Part shown: positions 22,847 to 33,766 of the stretch, in pieces
How positions within the stretch are numbered: the stretch's first letter is position 1
How the letters are laid out: each line of letters begins with the position of its first letter
Source of the DNA: Octopus bimaculoides
Taxonomy: Eukaryota
Direction of reading: 5' to 3'
Length of the DNA stretch: 64,000 bases
Assembly (NCBI RefSeq): GCF_001194135.2
Contig: NC_068987.1
Coordinates: forward strand, 90,158,325 to 90,222,324
The notes under the pieces: generated by a model
What the model saw: only the letters and a program-made list of their open reading frames with translations
Database searches by the model: none
Told to the model about the DNA's origin: nothing
Position numbers and translations under genes: made by a program

Positions 22847-22913
22847 TGGCATAGTGGTTAAGAGCGCTGGCTACTAACCCCAAGATTCCGAGTTCGATTC
22901 CAGGCAGTGACCT
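22847..22913 (+). mobile_element. tRNA-derived SINE head, inverted relative to 22649-22707
   Basis: A-box TGGCATAGTGG and B-box GAGTTCGATTCC. No complete cloverleaf, so not called as a tRNA. Confidence 0.75.
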
Positions 22914-23439
22914 TATATATTATAATACTATTTGCCTTGAACATAAATTTACTATATACAGTACTAATATACTATTATAATAATTATTTACCTTGAACAT
23001 AGCTATTCCTGATTCTAATATAGTATTTATATATAATTATGCACATAACTCAAAATTTTGACGTGCTACAGCAATTCTGTGTTCAGATTCGTAATCAACG
23101 TACTCGATTTTGGTTTGTACAGCACCATTTGTCTGCGTAGCAGACAATAAATCTTTTTTTTTTTTTTGTTACCCAGTGGTATCTCCCTTGTATAAATTGT
23201 CCATTTGGAGATGAAGCGTACACAATTATATTTTTTAATTACTTAAATTTTGTGTTTGTTTAATATGTATAATTGACAACAGAAGTAATACTACGAGACA
23301 AACAGCATTTAATGAATGTTGTATAATTACTTATTTGTTGTTTCCTAGATTTTGTTGTTCTTAAAAACCTGTGTCTCATATAAGATATAATAATGTCAAA
23401 AAATTATTTATTTTGAGTTATTAATTTATTTATTTCAAG

Positions 23440-23588
23440 GTATTCAAAGAGCGGTTCCGATTGATTGATTATATGAAGGATTATGACAAACTCAACTCCG
23501 GACGTATTATAAAGAGCAATTTTCAGCGTGCACTTGGATTGAGTCCTTTGAATCTCAGTGGGTCAGAAATAACTCTCTTGGAATCCAG
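23440..23588 (+). CDS. Gene 1 exon (149 nt)
   Basis: tttcaag acceptor and a weak gtgttt donor whose phase fits the next exon. Reads VFKERFRLIDYMKDYDKLNSGRIIKSNFQRALGLSPLNLSGSEITLLES; phase 0 to 2. Confidence 0.9.
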
Positions 23589-23949
23589 GTGTTTAATTAA
23601 CATTTTCTCACAAATTAACCATTTTACCAAACTGTCTTATTAAGCTAATTTTGATGCAACCATTAGTCTTTATATATGGCAGGGTATTAGCATAACACTT
23701 GCGTAAGGCAACTGATTAAGATGAGACCATCGGATTAGCATAAAGCAAAGGTTTAGCATGAGGTAAAATATTTCAAAAGATTAGAATTTAAATCTGGCCT
23801 GAGTTGAATTGACCTTTTGTCCCTAAAGAATTGGTAGGTGTCAAGAATGTGATTGTATTGGACTTTATCCAAAACAAATCTATATTATTATATGAGAGAG
23901 AGAGAGCCTCCATAGTAAAGAATGGTATTACTCTTTTACTTGTTTCAGT

Positions 23950-24310
23950 CATTTGACTGTGGCCATGCTGGAGCACTGCCTTTAGTCAAGCAAATCGACT
24001 CCAGGACTTATTCTATGTAAGCCTAGTACCTATTCTATCGGTCTCTTTTGCCGAACCGCTCAGTTACGGGTATGTAAACATACCACCATCGATTGTCAAG
24101 CGATGTTGGGGGGGGGGGACAAACACACACACACACATATATATATATACACATATACGACAGGCTTCTTTCAGTTTCCGTCTACCAAATCCACTCACAA
24201 GGCTTTGGTCAGCCCGAGGCTATAGTAGAAGACACTTGCCCAAGGACTGAACTCGGAACCATGTTGTTGGTAAACAAGCTACTTACCACACAGCCACTCC
24301 TGCGCCTAGG
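23950..24310 (-). mobile_element. Family D SINE, young-looking copy retaining CpGs
   Basis: ccgaaccgctcagttacggg...ccgtctaccaaatccactcacaaggctttggtcagcccgaggc...cagccactcctgcgcct. Confidence 0.88.
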
Positions 24311-24461
24311 TATAAACAATAAAATCTATATATGAGAATAAACTTAATAGAAACATTGCCATGTATTGGAAATATTTCTTGCCTGCCTAAACTTACTGTT
24401 TCTCTCTCACATCCACCATAAAATACTACTTGTATCTTTTTCAACCATTCAATATTTCTAA

Positions 24462-24690
24462 AGTGGTGAGCTGGTAGAATCATTGGCAAAATGGACAAAA
24501 TGGACAAAAATACTGAGCAGCATTTCATCCATTTTTACATTCTGAGTTCAAATTCTGCCAAGGTCGATTTTGTCTTTCATCCATTCAGGGTCAATAAAAT
24601 AAGTACCAGTTACGCACTGGGAGTCGATGTATGTAATCAACTTACTCCCTCCCCCGTGGTCTTGTGTCAAAATTTGAAAGCAGTATTACA
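24462..24690 (+). mobile_element. Family B SINE
   Basis: aagtggtgagctggtagaatc...ttctgagttcaaattctgcc...aataagtaccagttacgcactggg. Confidence 0.8.
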
Positions 24691-24742
24691 ACTCTTTTTT
24701 TTTTTTTAATCATAAATTAAACTTGACATGCTGTTAGGCTTT

Positions 24743-24778
<36 letters not shown>

Positions 24779-25385
24779 CATTCTTGTTTACTCCAACAAT
24801 ATATCAATCGCAATGGTTTTCCCATAAATATACAGAAGAAATAAGTTGCTGCTGACCTTAATTCAGTGTTGAATTAAGGTCAAAAGATTCCCAGCCAGGA
24901 TCAGCCAATCTCTTTTTTTCCTTCTAATACGGTATCCCCGACAACATTACCCAATATATCCTTCATTTTAAGATGGTTGGATGTGGTTTGAGGGAGATTC
25001 AGTTGCTATTTCTAACCAGTCAAGTAATCATGTAGAGGTCCCCTTGTTAGTTAAGTAACTTGAAATGTTGGGTTACATAACCTACAAATTAATAAGTTCC
25101 ACCACTGAACACTGAACACTTCATATAAAATATCAAGAGCAAATTAGTTAATTTGACCCCTTGAAAAAAGGGGAGGTTTAGGTTCCACTAAAAGGAATTC
25201 TGGGCAGCAAGTCAATTTTACAGTGATGCTGTTGCTTAAATTGAAGAATTGTTCTTCATTTATAGATGGAGATTTAAAAAAAAGTTAGAAAGCTTAGAAA
25301 AGGTTGATAAACTTTTGTCTGATTCTTTGAGCATATTTGAAATGTTATTTTCTTAAAACAACTGTGATTATCTTTACTTAAATAG

Positions 25386-25590
25386 GTTTGAATCACCAAG
25401 CAATCCTGGAGCCGTAGACTACAGGAAGTTTTGTGATGAAATTGAGTCTGTTTTTACCACTCCCAACCTTGATAAAAGCCCGTTGAAAGAAGTTGAGCAA
25501 TATCGGCCAAAGCAGGAATGGGAAACTAATATCCTGAAAGAAGAGGAAGAATCAGAATTCATGAAAGCAATGACTAGGATAGCTGAAAAG
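25386..25590 (+). CDS. Gene 1 exon (205 nt)
   Basis: aatag acceptor, gtaaaa donor. Reads (R)FESPSNPGAVDYRKFCDEIESVFTTPNLDKSPLKEVEQYRPKQEWETNILKEEEESEFMKAMTRIAEK; phase 2 to 0. Confidence 0.92.
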
Positions 25591-25605
25591 GTAAAAATCA
25601 AATGG

Positions 25606-26112
25606 ACAAGGTGCATTCTTGAAGGTCTGAGACTTTTCAGGAGAGACGTTTATTTATTTCAAAGAAGTACAAAACTCCAATCTCCTTCGAAGTGGGATGA
25701 TCCTTTGACTTCAGTGCATTTGTTGTAGAACTTTAGCCACTTCTTGAAGACCCCCATGGTAGTCCTCCAAAGTGAAGGTGTCCAGAACCCTTCTGACAGC
25801 CTCCATTTTCTCCTGCTTAGGGAACAATCAAAAGTCACAGGAAGCAAAGTCTGGACTGTGAGGAGCATGAAGGACAGTTCTGATGGCCATCTGTGTCAAA
25901 TAATTGGTTATTAGGATGGAATTGTTGATGGGTGCAATGTCCTGGTACAAATGCTCTGTTTTTTACAACAAAACCTCTTCCCTAAATCCCTCAGCACCTC
26001 CCCAAAGTAGTCCTTGTTGACTGTCTAACAAGAGGGAACCCAGTAGTTGTAGATGATACCCTTGCTGTTGAAAAAAGGGATCACCATGAGCTTTCTAGTG
26101 GACTTGCCTTGC
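25606..26112 (-). mobile_element. Mariner DNA transposon, 3' half with terminal repeat, degraded
   Basis: Minus strand RQGKSTRKLMVIPFFNSKGIIYNYWVP...TVNKDYF...DIAPINNSIL...APHSPDFASCDF (YSPDLAPCD-like)...KWLKFYNKC...FEGD, then a terminal ATGCACCTTGT. Confidence 0.85.
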
Positions 26113-26884
26113 CTGACTATGTCCTTTAGCAAAGAAATACGCTTGTATCTTATTCAGTTTTTCAGTGAAAAACAGATGCTGGGATCATACAAGTTAATCC
26201 ATAAGCAGTATGGAGTATTTCATAAATTTTTGTGGCATTTTTGTCCCAGTTTAATGCAAAATTTAATTGCATAGTGAGTTTCCAAACTGTCATCATATTC
26301 CAACTGCATTCTTCAAACTAATCCTCTGTGACTAGCTATGTTTATTAAGGTGTTTTCACAGTGCTGTTACAGCTGTCTCCTTCAATCTGGAATAACAAAG
26401 GTTGGCAGGTCAGCTTATTAGATGTATAGTAATGATATACTAAAATTACAATAATCTAGGACATTTATAACTGTGTCCCCTAAAAAAAAAAAATCTCGAA
26501 ATCTATGGAATACATCTTGTAAATTATTCAGTTGCACTTTAACTGTTGGTTCCTTAGTTAAGATGATAATTTCCTGAAAGTGTGGCTGTTACAGGCACCT
26601 ATTTATATATATCCAGGAAAGCCATTAAATTAGTTTCTGTAGTTTGCTCAGTGAGCATGAATGATTGAGTTGCTTGGGTACAGAATAAGTAGGTAACATT
26701 GGTACTTGATATCATATCAATGTTAGTGTGTTGGTAGCCAAGGTGAACCTGAACACATACCGTAGGCTGAGAACAGCTACTCACTGTAAGCAGTGTCAGA
26801 ATTATGGCATTGAGGACAGTGACAGATTTATTAGTTGGCAGTAACTGAGTTGAAGTTGATTGGGACTGCAGTAGACAATGAGAT

Positions 26885-27262
26885 GTATTCAGCAATTACA
26901 TGGCTGGGTGGTTAAGAAGCCTGCTTTGCATCCAAATACTTTCAGGTTCAGTCTTACTGCATGGCACTTTGGGCAGGTGTCTTCTACAATAGTCACTGGC
27001 AATCAATGCCTTGTAAATGAATTTAGTGGATGGAAACTGTGTGGAAACCTGTTTTGTGTGTGTATTTGAGTTTGCCCCGCTCCACTGCTTGACAATTGGT
27101 GTTGGTTTGTGTATGTCCTTGGCAAAAGAGACCAATAGAAATAAGTACCTGATTGAAAAACATGATTACTGAGGTCAATTTGTTTGACTAAACCCTTCAG
27201 GGTAATGCCCCAGCATGGCCACAGTCCAGTCACTGAAACAAGTAAAAGATAAAAGTAAAACA
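26885..27262 (+). mobile_element. Family D SINE
   Basis: catggctgggtggttaagaagc...caggttcagtc...ggcactttgggcaggtgtcttctac...gccccagcatggccacagtc. Confidence 0.8.
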
Positions 27263-28479
27263 ACCTCTTGATTACAAAGAAGTTGACTTTTATTTTTCTG
27301 GGAATTGTTGCTACTTCGTCTGTGATAATAGCATGGATACCAAAGATTGGAGTTTATTTAGAAACAGATCCAAAGAACTTAATCTCAGGCTGGAAACCTC
27401 GGAGGGATCTTAAGAAACCATCATTTGAATCGTAACAGTATTTCCTTAATGTAATAACTTCATCCTTTGCAGTCAGAGATATATCTGTTAACAGATATTC
27501 AATTCTACCAGCTTCAGAAATGAGTGTTAAGGAAATTTTCTGCCCAACCCCGCTCTTTATTTATGAGGAAACCAAATGCAGTTTGCATCCACATAATACT
27601 TCTTCTTTTATCATGATGTCTAACAGTTTAGAAAGTTTAAAATCATCTTTGTTTTATTAAACATGGCAATTTGTCCAACCATTTTCCAATCTTTTCAGCT
27701 TCCCCAATCTTGTTATTAGAAACACTGATCTTGTTCTCATTAAACAACCTGAAAAACTAAATAAGATACAAGCACACTTCTTAGCTAAAGGACATAGTCA
27801 GTTAAGTATGATACAATGATTGCTATTTTAAACTAATACCACTTCTGTTGCACATAATGAATTTTTATTCAGTGAGCTAGCTAATTGCAACATCAGTGAC
27901 TTTTCAAGTACTATTTTCCAATATCAATGACGATGCATTTTATCTTGGCTTGTGGTTGCCAATGGATACATGTTGCTGACAAAGTTCAAAGAGGCAGAAA
28001 TGCACATCTAGCTTTTTCATCACCCCTACTGGATGATTTTCTTTTGCTATTGATATATTCTTGTGTTATTTAATGCTGTACTTTTATAAAAGATTCTATC
28101 CCAGGACGAATGCTGCAGTAAATTTGGTTTTCCATAACATATATACTTTAAGTATAATGCACAGATTGCTATTTCAAACTAATACTACTTCTGCTGCACA
28201 TAACAAAGTTTCAGAGTTAAGACAATAATTAATGATGAGATGGCGGAAGCGGGATAAATATAGCTGCATCCACATATTTGTTGTGTGGATGCAATTTAGA
28301 TTGTTTGATTTAATAAAAATATGGCAATTTGCTTGCACCTATCTTTTCAATCATTGCAGCCCAACTTCCAATGGGAAGCAAAAGAGATACAACCAGGAAT
28401 TAAACTAGAGTCAAAGATTTGCTTGAAAAGGATCACACAACAGATTTCTTTAATGCTTATTTAAGGATCATGTCTTAGA

Positions 28480-28760
28480 GATTAGGGTATTTGGCTGACA
28501 ATGATAAAGTCCTGAGTTTGGTTCTTGGCTGTACATTGTGTTCTTGAGCAAGACACTTCACTTCATGTTGCTCAAGTTCATTCAGCTGGCAAAAACGGCC
28601 AGGCTTGTCACATTGTGTCATGCTCAATCACCCTGAGAACTACATTCAGGTTACATGTGTCTGTGGAGTGCTCAGCCACTTGCACATTAATTTCACAAGC
28701 TGGCCATTCTCTTGATTGGATCAATTGAGACTCTTGCCGTCATAATCGACAGTGTCAATT
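28480..28760 (+). mobile_element. Family C SINE
   Basis: gtgttcttgagcaagacacttcacttc...gtgtctgtggagtgctcagccacttgcac. Confidence 0.8.
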
Positions 28761-28984
28761 AACCGTCATCGCACAACATTGAACAATTTTATGACTGTTT
28801 AAAATAAACAACCACAACTAAACAGAAATGGGTTTAACCGAAATTTGAGACAAGGACAGAGTCAGCTCACTGAGAACACCATTTTCTTCTATCGTTGAGC
28901 CCTGGCACTCCTAAGCTCAGTTACTCGGTTTCCATGGCATGTAAGTGACCCCTGAACAAGTTGTCAATACGTTGCTGGGTCCAG

Positions 28985-29448
28985 GGTCAGCAATTTTTGA
29001 GGGGAGGGGGAAGTCGACCACATTAACCCCCAGCAGTTGACTTGTAATATAGTTCATCAACTCCGAATGGAATAAAAGACAGAGTTAACTTCTGTGGGAT
29101 TTGAACTCAGAACATAAAGAGCTGAGAAGAAGTGCGGTGAAGCAGTTTGAACAACATGCTGATGATTCTGCCAGTTTGCCACTTGATTATAAATCAGAAA
29201 TAGGTTCGACCATAATTTGAGACGTTTAAAAACAGCTCAATGATAACACGTCTCAAATCTGCATTGTTCATGTTTTAATTGTTTCTTATTTCTTTACTGC
29301 CCACAAGGGGCTACACACAGAGGAGACAAACAAGGACAGACAAACGGATTAAGTCGATTACATCGACTCTAGTGCATAACTGGTACTTATTTAATCGACC
29401 TTGAAAGGATGAAAGGCAAAGTCGACCTTGGTGGAATTTGAACTCGCG
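28985..29448 (-). mobile_element. Two family B SINE copies or fragments (about 28985-29185 and 29285-29448)
   Basis: gaaaggatgaaaggcaaagtcgaccttggtggaatttgaactc on +. Confidence 0.8.
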
Positions 29449-29987
29449 GAATTAAAACTGAACGTTTTAATAGTTTCTGACAATGATATCAGGTAATAAA
29501 TGCTTGCCGTAGGGAAAAAGTTAAATAAATGTACAGGTCACTGTTGTAAGCATTGGAGATATAGTGTAATTAGTTGATAAATGCATATTTAATTAAATCA
29601 AGAGGTAAGGTACTAAATAATGTATGTGAAAATATTCTGATGAGTTGAAATTTGTCTCTGACTGAATAAAAATTCATTATGTGCAACAAAAATAGGATTA
29701 GTTTAAAATAGCAATCATTGTATCATACTTAACTCTGGCCTTTAGCTAAGAAGTATGCTTGTATCTTATTCAGTTTTTCAGGTTGTTGAATGAGAACAAG
29801 ATCAGTGTTTCTAATAACACAACTTCTATGCAACACCAACAACAACGATAAGCTCTTATATTGACACAGCAACGCTCATTAACGACAAAGAAAATTATAT
29901 AATCCGTTTTATTTATTTCGTTGTTAAAGTATTTTATCAAAGAAGCAACTTTTAAGAATTAGAGTTACTTCCCTTGTCTTCTTGCAG

Positions 29988-30239
29988 GTCCGCCAAGTAC
30001 GCCTACAGTTGTTCCCCCTGATGGAAGATTACGATAAGAACAACATTGGCAGTCTCTCCCGCTCACAATTTCGTAGAGTTCTTGTAGAATTAGATTTGGG
30101 AAGTTATTTCACCGAACGAGAACTCGAAATTATATGTAAAAAGTTCAAAGTGCGAGTGGGCACAAGAGACGACGTACATTATATCGCCTTTTGCGACTTC
30201 GTTTATGAGTTGGCCAAATTTATTTACAGGACTCCTTAA
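29988..30239 (+). CDS. Gene 1 terminal coding exon (252 nt including TAA)
   Basis: cttcttgcag acceptor. Reads VRQVRLQLFPLMEDYDKNNIGSLSRSQFRRVLVELDLGSYFTERELEIICKKFKVRVGTRDDVHYIAFCDFVYELAKFIYRTP* with an EF-hand-like loop DKNNIGSLSRSQ. Confidence 0.94.
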   Translation, partial: VRQVRLQLFPLMEDYDKNNIGSLSRSQFRRVLVELDLGSYFTERELEIICKKFKVRVGTRDDVHYIAFCDFVYELAKFIYRTP

Positions 30240-30279
30240 GGAAAATCCTGCAAGCGATGAGAGATCACACAGGTTTGAA

Positions 30280-30285
30280 AATAAA
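30280..30285 (+). terminator. Candidate polyadenylation signal of gene 1
   Basis: AATAAA about 40 nt after the stop codon, followed by a T-rich tract. The hexamer is common in AT-rich DNA. Confidence 0.5.
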
Positions 30286-30655
30286 ATAGATTTCATGTAT
30301 AAATCAACAGATTTTTTTATTTATTAATTTATTTTATCATTGTAATTATACGACGAAGGTGAAGAGCCCTGAAAATGTAAGTGACACGATTTCATCAGAA
30401 ATTGTGACCAAGCTTGACTTCCTGGGGTTACTCCAATTAAATTGAACCTTAGAAAATGACACGAATGTTACGATCTCAGTTTATTTGAACAAAGGTCTAA
30501 AGAACTAATAACCCTTAGATGGGTACATTTGACAGTGAAAAGTCTGTCGACTATCACACTATCCGTGAGATAGATTATTTTTACGTTTGCTGGAAAAACG
30601 ATCAAATATCCATTGAGCATTGCAACTGGCACTCGACTGAACGGACATTAGCTTA

Positions 30656-31388
30656 NNNNNNNNNNNNNNNNNNNNNNNNNNNNNNNNNNNNNNNNNNNNN
30701 NNNNNNNNNNNNNNNNNNNNNNNNNNNNNNNNNNNNNNNNNNNNNNNNNNNNNNNNNNNNNNNNNNNNNNNNNNNNNNNNNNNNNNNNNNNNNNNNNNNN
30801 NNNNNNNNNNNNNNNNNNNNNNNNNNNNNNNNNNNNNNNNNNNNNNNNNNNNNNNNNNNNNNNNNNNNNNNNNNNNNNNNNNNNNNNNNNNNNNNNNNNN
30901 NNNNNNNNNNNNNNNNNNNNNNNNNNNNNNNNNNNNNNNNNNNNNNNNNNNNNNNNNNNNNNNNNNNNNNNNNNNNNNNNNNNNNNNNNNNNNNNNNNNN
31001 NNNNNNNNNNNNNNNNNNNNNNNNNNNNNNNNNNNNNNNNNNNNNNNNNNNNNNNNNNNNNNNNNNNNNNNNNNNNNNNNNNNNNNNNNNNNNNNNNNNN
31101 NNNNNNNNNNNNNNNNNNNNNNNNNNNNNNNNNNNNNNNNNNNNNNNNNNNNNNNNNNNNNNNNNNNNNNNNNNNNNNNNNNNNNNNNNNNNNNNNNNNN
31201 NNNNNNNNNNNNNNNNNNNNNNNNNNNNNNNNNNNNNNNNNNNNNNNNNNNNNNNNNNNNNNNNNNNNNNNNNNNNNNNNNNNNNNNNNNNNNNNNNNNN
31301 NNNNNNNNNNNNNNNNNNNNNNNNNNNNNNNNNNNNNNNNNNNNNNNNNNNNNNNNNNNNNNNNNNNNNNNNNNNNNNNNNNNNNNNN
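30656..31388. other. Assembly gap (N run). Others: 13274-13301, 34543-34552, 37169-37299, 39165-39715, 44247-44837, 48579-49125, 60587-60970
   Basis: N characters; most gaps abut microsatellites or homopolymers. Confidence 0.99.
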
Positions 31389-32279
31389 TAACGATTTTAG
31401 AAAACTTTATAAGCTATTATAGACGGAGGATAACTGGCTGGATTTGTTAGTTAGTCGTTAATTTGAATTATGGAAGAGAAGTGATCGGAGAGGAACTGAA
31501 GAACTGGTGCTAACGAAGAGAGAAGAAAACGACGATGTATCACTTTACTTTAACCCAGGGGCATCTTTATATAATCCATAAAGACATTTGTCCCTGTTAT
31601 TCTTGCCTGAAGTAGTCTAAGGCATCTGGCAAGTACAGAGCCTCATGAAAATGTACAGGTCATTGCTGTAAGCATTAGAGATATAGCATAATTAATTAGA
31701 TCAAGAGGGAGGCGAGGTACTAAATAATGTACGGGAAAATATTCTGATGAATTGAAATTTGTCTCTTTGAGGAACCAAACGAAAACCTAGTGGGAAATTG
31801 TTGGCAGCTCTGAAAGTGAAGGGGAGATAATCTCAAGAACTTGTGAATTCATTTCACAAGAATTGTATTTTGATAACTGCTGACTTTATAATTCTTCTAC
31901 GTGTATATTCTTTGATTCTTTTACTGGTTTCAGCCAAGCTGGGGGCACTACCTTTGTACATTAGATAGATAGATGTCTTGTTGTCTCTGATTCAGTTTGC
32001 CTCTAGTAAAGACCTGTGCTGATGGGGAGGGTGCGAGACGAACAGACACAACCAGTTGGAAGTGCAGTGACACAAATTTATAAAAAAATGTGGCAGGAAA
32101 CTTATTTTTACGTTGTTGTCATGCTTACTTGGACAGAAATTACTTCAGTAAAGTTTCTTTGATCAGAGAAGCCGTGTTTACAAGAGTACTGCTCATCCAG
32201 TCCTGTCTGGGAAGGTGCTAGAAAAGATGCCATAAAACTTGCCTGTCTGTTTATTGCAACTAAAAGTAGTTCAACAAAA

Positions 32280-33480
32280 ATAGGCTTAACACAAAATTTT
32301 AATATTTGCTGTTGGAATATAAGAACCCTTCTAGATCATCCTGAGTATTAAATTATCCTTGTTGTTAAAGAACTGCAGCATCACAAAATAGAATAGCAGC
32401 CCTTTCTGAAACCTGGCTTACTGTTGAAGATCCTTTGATAGAATCTTCCTCTCACTTTACAATATTCTGGGTTAGAAAACCAAGGTTATTTGAATAGATG
32501 GAGGTGCTAGATTTGCTGTGAAAACCAGTCTGTTGCAAGATTTAGAGCATGAAATAGAGAATTCTAATGTGTAGTGGTCGTCGTCTCTTCTTTTTGTGTA
32601 TGCACCAACTGGTCAAGAAACTGAGGATACAATCTTTCTAAATTCTTCAGAAATATCATTTCTTTCACACATGAAAAGCTTATTCTGAGAAAGTTTAATG
32701 CTTGTGTTGGTGGACAATCTGAAATCTGAAGTTCACTTGGCTGTCATGATATTTTGGTCATGAGAACAGGAATGACTTGCCCTTCAACTGTGTTCTGAAC
32801 CTAATTTAAACATTTGTAACACTTTTTAGACACTTGTAATCTGCACGTTTTGCACAGCTTGGACTGTGACCATAAACTAATATGGAGGAGTTCAGGTTTG
32901 TAAGAAAATTCTCAGCAATAGGGCAAAACTGGTAATGAGAACTGCTGTGGATATATTGGAAATTGTACAAAACAAGCTCAATGATGTCGGTTTTAATGGA
33001 ACTTGGAAGAATTTCAAGGATTAGGCACATGATTTGGGCTTCAGTATCTTGGGAATCAAAAGAAAGATACACAGAGACTGGCTTGACAATGGTAATGAAA
33101 TATGCCAACTGCTGGAGGAATAAAAAAAAACTAATTTCCAAGACTTTATTGGATCTCAAAGTCCACAGAAAACTCAGAGAAGTCACGAAGCAGTGAGAAT
33201 TAATCTAAAATACTTGATAGCCACAGATTTCATCAGATGTATTCAACACAAAGAATTCCAGAGCTTTATATTGTCTTCTTAGACAAGTATTTCAACCTGT
33301 CATTTTAACATTTGTGTGCATGATTAAAGCACTGCACCACAATATAGAAGCCAGGATTGTGTGCACTAAATAAGGGAGCTTTCAGAAGAGATTGCTTGAG
33401 ACAATGGAGTAAAACATAATGACTTGGCACCAACATTGTTTTCAATCTATTTCACTACAATGTGATAAAGGTGTTGAAAT
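32280..33480 (+). mobile_element. Degraded RTE-clade LINE, APE endonuclease plus part of RT
   Basis: CWNIRTLLDH, AALSETWL, IFW, RFAVK and YAPT motifs, later NGVK...LAPTLFSIYF; many stops and frameshifts. Confidence 0.75.
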
Positions 33481-33544
33481 ATTTGGTAGATAGAAAATGA
33501 AAGAAGCATGTTTTATATATATATATATATTTGTGTGTGTGTGT

Positions 33545-33766
33545 GACCTTTGTATAGCACATGATGGTTGTAAAACAAGCATCACCATCATTTAAGAGAT
33601 GTTGTTTGTTCCCAGTCATCCTTGGAAAACATGTCTGGCAAAAAAGGAGCTATTACCTTGATTGGAAATAGGAAAAGCATTTAAAAGAAGTAAAAAATTG
33701 TTTCATCAAATACTCTCTAACTCATGCATGTAAAAGTGGATATTTAAACAATGATGATGATGATGC
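33545..33766 (+). mobile_element. Family E retroposon
   Basis: gcacatgatggttgtaaaac...ggaaaacatgtctggc...aaagtggatatttaaacaatgatgatgatg. Confidence 0.75.

Larger units (their letters stand above)
27712..29818. repeat. Inverted repeat of about 120 bp (arms 27712-27837 and 29697-29818); a third partial copy at 26113-26165
   Basis: Hand alignment of gttattagaaacactgatcttgttctcatt...gctaaagg...gttaagtatgatacaatgattgctattttaaactaat with the reverse complement of 29697-29818 shows few mismatches and one small indel. Confidence 0.9.

Noticed and set aside
22847-22913. Possible tRNA gene
   Set aside because: A and B boxes are present but there is no closing acceptor stem or full cloverleaf, and a near-identical inverted copy lies nearby; treated as a SINE head.
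23686-23708. attagcat-N6-tgcgtaagg resembles the U6 snRNA internal stem-loop region
   Set aside because: Flanks do not match U6 (no ACAGAGA box), so the match is too short to distinguish from chance.
26280-28450. Possible ancient CR1/L2-type RT remnants
   Set aside because: Hints such as SKSMEYIL and KIGVYL are too degraded and fragmented to assign boundaries or clade by eye.
30340-30385. Second hammerhead-like string (gacgaagg...cc ctgaaa)
   Set aside because: It lacks the CUGA core and convincing stems.
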